DNA of 46,586 bases from IMG/VR virus record IMGVR_UViG_3300018494_000026; one strand, 5' to 3'. Below, one piece after another: positions 41,180-46,586 of the stretch (positions are counted from its first letter, which is position 1; the number at the start of each line of letters is the position of its first letter). This DNA is from a virus. Under the pieces are notes generated by a model that did no database searches, was not told the origin of the DNA, and worked only from the letters and a program-made list of their open reading frames with translations. The translations under genes and the position numbers were made by a program.

Positions 41180-41425
41180 TTATACTCTCGCGGCTATTCC
41201 GTGATTCTCGCGGATGATTCGCGCCTTGTAGCTTGAAAGATGGTCAAGGTAGCTTTGCTTTTCGTGGGGGATGTTGTGCACAAATCCGGTCATATCACAA
41301 GCGGCATTTACTGCGGCTGCTTTGCTCTTGTACTCCTGCCCAAATACTAGAATAGGCTTGAAACAGATTGAAAGAGATTGAATGTACCACTTGCCATTGA
41401 TTTTAACAGCCTCATAGGTTGTCAT
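41180..41425 (-). CDS. Leftward operon gene 3: 81-aa protein
   Basis: ORF track, with RBS GAAGGAA. It shares an NGKW motif with gene 2. Confidence 0.6.
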   Translation of the reverse strand: MTTYEAVKINGKWYIQSLSICFKPILVFGQEYKSKAAAVNAACDMTGFVHNIPHEKQSYLDHLSSYKARIIRENHGIAARV

Positions 41426-41452
41426 TGTTTCGTTCCTTCTATCAATATGTTT

Positions 41453-41689
41453 TCAATCCTCCTTCACAAGCTCAAGCAGTTCTGCAACGGTGAGGGGTTT
41501 TGCATATCCGTTGCGAGTCCAGTAGTTTTCCGCATCCTTGCGGGTTGCAAATACATCATTGTAGTGCTGGCCGTTAATGAATGCCCACTTGCCATTGCAA
41601 ACGGGGCGAACTGTTTTAACAGGAATCTCCCAGATATCACGCTTGCCAAGGTGGAAAACGGGAGCGTATACAATGCAAGTTTCCTTCAT
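41453..41689 (-). CDS. Leftward operon gene 2: 78-aa protein
   Basis: Internal ATG of track ORF 41453..41737, 9 nt after GGAGG (MKETCIVYAPV...). Confidence 0.6.
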   Translation of the reverse strand: MKETCIVYAPVFHLGKRDIWEIPVKTVRPVCNGKWAFINGQHYNDVFATRKDAENYWTRNGYAKPLTVAELLELVKED

Positions 41690-41783
41690 GGTTGTTATCC
41701 TCCATTCGTTTCTGTTGGCGTTGCTCTGCATTTTCACGGGGTTGCAACCGTCATTGCCTGCATTAACGCCTAAAGGCGGGTTG

Positions 41784-42029
41784 TTAGTGATTAGCTACTG
41801 TGTAAACTGTCTTAACTCCGTTATCATAGTTTACTGTGATGGACTGCGTGCCGTCGTAGTTGTTTGCGCGTTTAATGCTTGTAATGTACTTGCAAGCGTG
41901 AATCTTTTTGTTAATGAGGGCGATGGAAAGAGATTCGTAAACTTCTGCGGGGTTTGTGTTGCGGTAGGATTCTTCCCAGGTGCGGCCGGACTTGACGTAG
42001 TTAATCATGCTGATTTCGCGAGTAGTCAT
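41784..42029 (-). CDS. Leftward operon gene 1: 81-aa protein
   Basis: ORF track, with GGAGG 8 nt upstream. Confidence 0.65.
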   Translation of the reverse strand: MTTREISMINYVKSGRTWEESYRNTNPAEVYESLSIALINKKIHACKYITSIKRANNYDGTQSITVNYDNGVKTVYTVANH

Positions 42030-42115
42030 TTTGTAATCCTCCTATATTCTATGTCGTTTGGGTTTTGTAGTTGGTAGTTATCAGGGAGGTTTGCACCTCT
42101 CTTTTAACTGTCTTT

Positions 42116-42144
42116 ATTATACACTAATTCTCGTTCATAGTCAA
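42116..42144 (-). promoter_or_regulatory. Near-consensus sigma70 promoter of the leftward six-gene operon
   Basis: On the minus strand: TTGACT (42144-39), a 17-nt spacer, then TATAAT (42121-16). Confidence 0.7.
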
Positions 42145-42160
42145 TAGGAAATGCACTAAA

Positions 42161-42235
42161 ATTCGTGTTTATAGGGCTTTTTATGCTCCAAATTTCGTGC
42201 TGGTTTTTTGTGCATATTGTACACTTGAATTCGTG
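42161..42235. promoter_or_regulatory. Three direct repeats A(A/T)TTCGTG in the divergent promoter region
   Basis: aaaattcgtg ends at 42167, aaatttcgtg at 42199 and gaattcgtg at 42235. Spacing is about 32-36 bp. The third repeat overlaps the -35 of the rightward promoter. Confidence 0.5.
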
Positions 42236-42253
42236 CATATAATTTGATATAAT
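42225..42253 (+). promoter_or_regulatory. Rightward promoter of the small HTH gene
   Basis: TTGAAT (42225-30), a 17-nt spacer, then TATAAT (42248-53). Confidence 0.65.
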
Positions 42254-42281
42254 GAATTGAAAATATATGGAGGTGCTGCCC

Positions 42282-42503
42282 ATGCCGCTAATTTACAGAT
42301 TCCCTGTGCTTGATGCGCTTAAAAAAGCAGGATACACAACGTATAGATTGAGATCAGAAAAGCTATTAAGCGAATCAACATTGCAAAAATTCCGTAATGG
42401 GGAAATGGTTCACACGACGAATATTGAAACAATCTGCAAGTTGCTAAATTGTCAACCTGGCGATATACTGCGATATGATCAGGATGAAAGCAACGAATCA
42501 TGA
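42282..42503 (+). CDS. Small Cro/C1-type HTH regulator (73 aa)
   Basis: Frame of track ORF 42267..42503. ATG 42282 lies 8 nt after GGAGGTG. The HTH is SEKLLSESTLQKFRNGEMVHTTNIETICKLLNCQPGDIL. Confidence 0.75.
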   Translation: MPLIYRFPVLDALKKAGYTTYRLRSEKLLSESTLQKFRNGEMVHTTNIETICKLLNCQPGDILRYDQDESNES

Positions 42504-42519
42504 TCGGAAAATATAAAAC

Positions 42520-42539
42520 AGTTCCTATTAGTTCCTATT
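42520..42539 (+). repeat. Tandem direct repeat agttcctatt x2
   Basis: Read directly from the sequence, 17 nt after the stop of the HTH gene. Confidence 0.8.
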
Positions 42540-42595
42540 AATTCATCTGGCCTGTGTGTTATCCTTAAGGTGGAAACCTGGCCCACATAAAGAAA

Positions 42596-42646
42596 GTCTA
42601 TTGTATTTAGCTATTTAATTATAGCTATATAACAATAGGCTTTTTT
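42596..42646 (+). terminator. Strong intrinsic terminator after the small HTH gene
   Basis: The outer stem is gtctattgt / acaataggc and the inner stem is tagctat / atagcta. A T6 run follows (42641-46). Confidence 0.7.
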
Positions 42647-42654
42647 ATTTTTCT

Positions 42655-42749
42655 AATCCTTGTTATGAGCGAATAGCAAAGCTATTCGGGAAATAATAAG
42701 GATTTCCCTTTGTTTCCTTTGGTAGAGCAAACAGAGATATAATATCTCT
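42655..42749 (+). promoter_or_regulatory. Structured non-coding segment upstream of terS (nested stems plus a palindrome containing TATAAT)
   Basis: aatcctt (42655-61) pairs with aaggatt (42698-704), enclosing cgaatagc-aaa-gctattcg (42670-88). The palindrome agagatat-a-atatctct lies at 42733-49 and includes TATAAT (42738-43), with no good -35. Confidence 0.45.
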
Positions 42750-42859
42750 AATTCAGTAGGATTATGAGGGCAGCATAATTCTATTGTAGTATGTTTGCGG
42801 GGTTTATCCTCCTCATTGGCGGGAATGAGTTGGACAGCATGAAAGAAGGTGAATAGATC

Positions 42860-43270
42860 ATGTTGACAGAACAAAAACAGCAGTTCATTGAAGAGTATAT
42901 TAAACTCAAATGCAAGAACGCAACCAAAGCAGCAATTGCAGCAGGATATAGTGAGAAATCAGCAGCAGCACAAGCGAGTCAGCTTCTTAAAAACTGTGAA
43001 GTTGCGGAGTATTTGAAGAAGAGGAAAGCGGAATTAGCTCAGGATTTGAGAGATGAATTCATCTTTGACGCTTTAGAAGCTAAAAAAGAGATGTATAAGA
43101 TCATGACTGACCCAACAGCAGATAACAGGGACAAGATCACTATTGCAAGAGACTTCTTAGATAGAGCAGGATTCAAGCCGGGAGAAGAAGTCAAGCTATC
43201 TGGCAGTATTAATAACCCCTTTGCAGACCTCTCCACGGATGAACTAAAGGCGCTGATTAACAATGGATAG
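42860..43270 (+). CDS. terS: Terminase small subunit
   Basis: The N-terminal HTH pattern (QQFIEEYIKLKCKNATKAAIAAGYSEKSAAAQASQLLKN) is typical of Terminase_2/P27-type small subunits. It lies directly upstream of terL. Confidence 0.85.
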   Translation: MLTEQKQQFIEEYIKLKCKNATKAAIAAGYSEKSAAAQASQLLKNCEVAEYLKKRKAELAQDLRDEFIFDALEAKKEMYKIMTDPTADNRDKITIARDFLDRAGFKPGEEVKLSGSINNPFADLSTDELKALINNG

Positions 43271-44657
43271 ACTGCAATATATACGGTTAGAAGCACAGAA
43301 AGAGCTTTCCCGTCGTAGCTTCTGGGAATACTGCAAATTTCGTGCTCCTGACTTTTACAGGGAAGATAGACCGTTCCTGAAAGACTTGTCAGACCGCTTG
43401 CAATGGTTCATCCAGGAAGCATCAGAGCAAATCATGGTCGTTAATATCCCACCACGTCATGGAAAGAGTAGAACGGCTACAATGTTTGTAGACTGGCTCT
43501 TTGGTGTATATGGCAAGTCAATTCAAGTCATGACGGGATCATATAACGAGACGCTTTCAAGCACATTTGCAAAGCAGGTGCGCGATACAATAGCAGAGAA
43601 GCCTACACAGGGTGTCACGGTCTTTTCTGACATCTTCCCCGGTGTTAATATCAAGTATGGCGAAGCATCAGCGCAGAAATGGGCGTTGGAAGGTTCACAG
43701 CTTGCTAACTATCTTGCAACGTCTCCCAGTGGTACGGCAACGGGCTTTGGCTGTAATATCATGCTCATTGATGACCTGATAAAGAATGCAGAAGAGGCAT
43801 ATAACGAGAACCATCTGCAAAAGCTGGTTGATTGGTTCACAAATACCATGCTTTCCCGTTGTGAGAATGGTTTCAAAATCATTATCATCATGACGCGCTG
43901 GTCTACAGGAGACCTTGCCGGGTTTGTCCTGGATAACTATCCTAACGTTGTACACGTCAATTATAAGGCTGTGTTAGATGATGGTTCTATGCTATGTCCT
44001 GATATCCTCAGTGCAGAAGATTATGCATTGAAGATAAAGAACATGAACAAGGACATAGTAGCTGCTAACTATCAGCAAGAGCCTATCGACGTAAAAGGCC
44101 GTCTATATACGAGTATTAAAACCTATAGCGAGATACCCAAGGATGAAAAGGGTAACTCGCTTTTTTCGTATTTGCTCAATTATACAGATACGGCTGATAA
44201 AGGCAGTGACTATCTGTGTTCTATCTGTTATGGCATGTATGGCGACGAATATTACATCCTTGATGTGCTGTACAGCAAAGATGCAATGGAAGTAACAGAA
44301 CCAGCAACGGCCCAGATGCTAACCCGTAACAAGATAGGCTGTGCGATCATTGAAAGCAATAACGGCGGCAGAGGCTTTGCAAGGAATGTTGCCAGGATAT
44401 GCAAGGAGCAGGGTAACAAACATACCAATGTCAAGTGGTTTACGCAAAGCAAGAACAAAGAAGCAAGGATACTGTCTAACAGTGCGTCTGTGATGGCAAA
44501 TGTTTATTTCCCGGTCAACTGGCAAGACAAATGGCCGGAGTTTGCCGATGCATTGATCAGGTATCAAAGAGAAGGCAAGAACGCCCATGATGACGCGCCT
44601 GACGCGCTTACAGGCGTTTACGAGAATCCTAAACCACTTTCCCACTGGGTAACGTGA
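43263..44657 (+). CDS. terL: Terminase large subunit
   Basis: Walker A-like is PPRHGKS and Walker B is IMLIDDL. The C-terminal nuclease region is YTDTADKGSDY...IESNNGG...HDDAPDAL. Confidence 0.9.
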   Translation: MDRLQYIRLEAQKELSRRSFWEYCKFRAPDFYREDRPFLKDLSDRLQWFIQEASEQIMVVNIPPRHGKSRTATMFVDWLFGVYGKSIQVMTGSYNETLSSTFAKQVRDTIAEKPTQGVTVFSDIFPGVNIKYGEASAQKWALEGSQLANYLATSPSGTATGFGCNIMLIDDLIKNAEEAYNENHLQKLVDWFTNTMLSRCENGFKIIIIMTRWSTGDLAGFVLDNYPNVVHVNYKAVLDDGSMLCPDILSAEDYALKIKNMNKDIVAANYQQEPIDVKGRLYTSIKTYSEIPKDEKGNSLFSYLLNYTDTADKGSDYLCSICYGMYGDEYYILDVLYSKDAMEVTEPATAQMLTRNKIGCAIIESNNGGRGFARNVARICKEQGNKHTNVKWFTQSKNKEARILSNSASVMANVYFPVNWQDKWPEFADALIRYQREGKNAHDDAPDALTGVYENPKPLSHWVT

Positions 44658-44706
44658 GAGAGCTACAAAAGGCGTTTGAGAGCCTTAGAAAGGGAGTGAT
44701 AAAAGC

Positions 44707-46586
44707 ATGGGAGCAACCACACGAAACCACCCATACACGGTGGATTTTGACAAGCCATTAACCCGGCAGAGTTTCGGCGTGTTGGGTGAAGGTGACAGCA
44801 ACGGTGATGCATTCGTGTTTACGCTGATTCGCAATGGTGCTGCGCTTGCGCTGACAAGTGCCGTACTTGTTACAGGCTATTTTGTCCGGCCTGATGGGGA
44901 TACGGTTGTCCTGAAGGGCAGTGTTGCTAATGGGAAAGCGTCTGTCACGCTTCCTCAGTCCTGCTATGTATCAGAGGGCAGAGGTGCGCTGACGGTGAAA
45001 GCCACGATGGATGGCGATACCACAACCATTGCTATTCTTGATGGCTTTGTCAGGAAGACAACGACAGACACATTGGTTGACCCCGGTACGGTGATGCCTT
45101 CGATTGAAGAGATTCTAAGCGGGAATACAAACATTGCGGTTGTTCCGTCCTACTGGAAAGCACACATTGACAACCGGATTGTCAGCATCCGTGAAGCGAT
45201 GGCGGCGGCTGGCTGGAATCGAAGTGCTTTCCTGTGGTACAACGATGCGCATTGGTCGTATAACTACAAGAATTCCCCTGCGCTGCTGAAATACATGTAC
45301 CAGCATACGCCGATTAACAAGACCATTTTCGGCGGTGACATTGTTGACAATGAGGGTGATGCTTCTTCGGATATGGCTTATCTGTGGGAGTGGAGAGCGG
45401 CTGTACGTGGCCTGCCTAATCATCATAGCGTTGTTGGCAATCACGATGACAGCAATGAAATTGTTGATCGGTGGAGCAATGCGTATGTTTACAACTTCCT
45501 GCTGGCGGCGGAGGAATCATCCGATGTGATGCGCGGTGATGAGGGATTCTATTACTACATAGACGATCAGCCCGAAAAGACGCGCTATCTGTACCTTGAT
45601 ACAGCGTCTTATCACGGTAACCTTGAATACAACGCGAAGCAGCAAGCATGGCTGAAGCAGGCGCTTTTGTCCACTCCTGCGGGATGGCACATCGTGGCTG
45701 TGTCGCACATCTGGGTGAAGGTAGATTACACAGTGTGGCCTCCTGTTGTGACCGGGCTTGATTCTTCCGGCAAGGTTGCACTGGATATGTTCGATGCGTA
45801 TAACGCGCGGACAGGTGATTTCTCCGGTTGTACTGGCAAGGTGGAGTTCGCTATCGGTGGTCATAGCCATGTAGACGGTGATTTTACGAGCGATGGCGGC
45901 ATTCCTGTTATTGTGACGGAATGCGATTGCAGAGGCGTTCGCAGCGGTCTTGATTGCGTCAAGGGGACAATCTCAGAGCAATCTGTCAACGCGGTCATTG
46001 CGGACTACAGCAACGGCATTGTGACCATCGTTCGTGTTGGACGTGGCAACAGCCGGATTGTCAACCTTGACGGCAGCGGCAGTGCAGATATTCCCGATAA
46101 TGAACCTGATGTTCCAGAAGAGCCTGACGCACCGACTGACAACTTCACGAATCAGCTTCCTCTTGCTACGGATAAGGACGGAAACATCTACAACGGCATC
46201 GGCTATAAGACCGACACCCGTATTAGTACGTCAAGCGGATACGATCAAGACAGGGACGAAAGCGGCTGGTGTTCCTCTGGCTACATCCCAGTAAAAACGA
46301 ATGATGTTGTGCGATTCGCGAACTGTGTATTCAATAACACATATGCTATTGACGGCACGAATCGTCAGCAGATTCTCTACTTCGACAAGGATAAGAATCT
46401 GACGGGCTATTCTATGGCTGATGACATCGTAATGCAATCCACATCTTCTACAAGCTGGAATGCTGTTCTTGACGAAGACTCCAATATCATTCAGGTGTCG
46501 ATTCCTGCGTCTACGGCAAACATTGATGTTTCGTACATGCGTATCGTGGCACATGAGTTCACCAGTCAGTCTATTATCACGGTCAA
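44707..46586 (+). CDS. BppU_N-like / calcineurin-type metallophosphoesterase / C-terminal beta-sandwich protein (634 aa including the wrap-around part 2..148)
   Basis: It is absent from the ORF track because it has no stop inside the window. My own translation from ATG 44707 (RBS AAAGGGAG) found no stop. The N-terminus (YTVDFDKPL...GDSNGDAFVFTLIRNGAAL) resembles the BppU_N domain. The phosphoesterase motifs are DAH, GGDIVDN, GNHDD, SHIW and GGHSHVD. Confidence 0.75.
   Translation, partial: MGATTRNHPYTVDFDKPLTRQSFGVLGEGDSNGDAFVFTLIRNGAALALTSAVLVTGYFVRPDGDTVVLKGSVANGKASVTLPQSCYVSEGRGALTVKATMDGDTTTIAILDGFVRKTTTDTLVDPGTVMPSIEEILSGNTNIAVVPSYWKAHIDNRIVSIREAMAAAGWNRSAFLWYNDAHWSYNYKNSPALLKYMYQHTPINKTIFGGDIVDNEGDASSDMAYLWEWRAAVRGLPNHHSVVGNHDDSNEIVDRWSNAYVYNFLLAAEESSDVMRGDEGFYYYIDDQPEKTRYLYLDTASYHGNLEYNAKQQAWLKQALLSTPAGWHIVAVSHIWVKVDYTVWPPVVTGLDSSGKVALDMFDAYNARTGDFSGCTGKVEFAIGGHSHVDGDFTSDGGIPVIVTECDCRGVRSGLDCVKGTISEQSVNAVIADYSNGIVTIVRVGRGNSRIVNLDGSGSADIPDNEPDVPEEPDAPTDNFTNQLPLATDKDGNIYNGIGYKTDTRISTSSGYDQDRDESGWCSSGYIPVKTNDVVRFANCVFNNTYAIDGTNRQQILYFDKDKNLTGYSMADDIVMQSTSSTSWNAVLDEDSNIIQVSIPASTANIDVSYMRIVAHEFTSQSIITV
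46464..46586. repeat. Terminal direct repeat, right copy (identical to 1..123)
   Basis: See the left copy. Confidence 0.9.

Noticed and set aside
42653-42874. 73-aa minus-strand ORF upstream of terS
   Set aside because: It lies in an AT-rich structured spacer, overlaps the terS start and has no RBS. Its sequence is dominated by the stems and palindromes described there.

Overview
The window is one complete temperate siphovirus-type phage genome. Bases 1-123 are identical to 46464-46586, so the unit length is 46,463 bp and one ORF (44707..end, continuing at 2..148) reads across the junction. Protein families suggest a Firmicutes/Clostridia host, but that is inference. Gene order is: terS, terL, a two-gene insertion (BppU_N-metallophosphoesterase protein plus a 291-aa protein), portal, MuF-like protein, a displaced lysis cassette, scaffold, capsid, head-tail joining genes, major tail protein, and chaperones with a -1 frameshift site. 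These are followed by two complete tape-measure genes separated by a reverse-strand secreted-protein gene, two paralogous Dit-Tal pairs, fibres and a DUF859-like receptor-binding protein. The lysogeny module follows (large serine integrase, HTH protein, CI-like and Cro-like regulators with palindromic operators). A long early operon carries a split C5-methyltransferase, a radical-SAM protein, an HNH endonuclease, Sak4-like and DUF669 proteins, a resolvase, MazG, a ThyX-like protein, a replisome organizer and a DnaC-like loader. It ends with a sigma-like regulator, a hexapeptide-repeat protein and a leftward six-gene operon of unknown function. The most unusual features are the duplicated tail-tip module with the embedded reverse gene, a recurrent intergenic GGAATGATAGG cassette, the split methyltransferase/radical-SAM cluster, and the leftward operon with its divergent HTH regulator. 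I found no tRNA, rRNA, CRISPR array or reverse transcriptase. All family assignments come from reading motifs by eye, with no database search.
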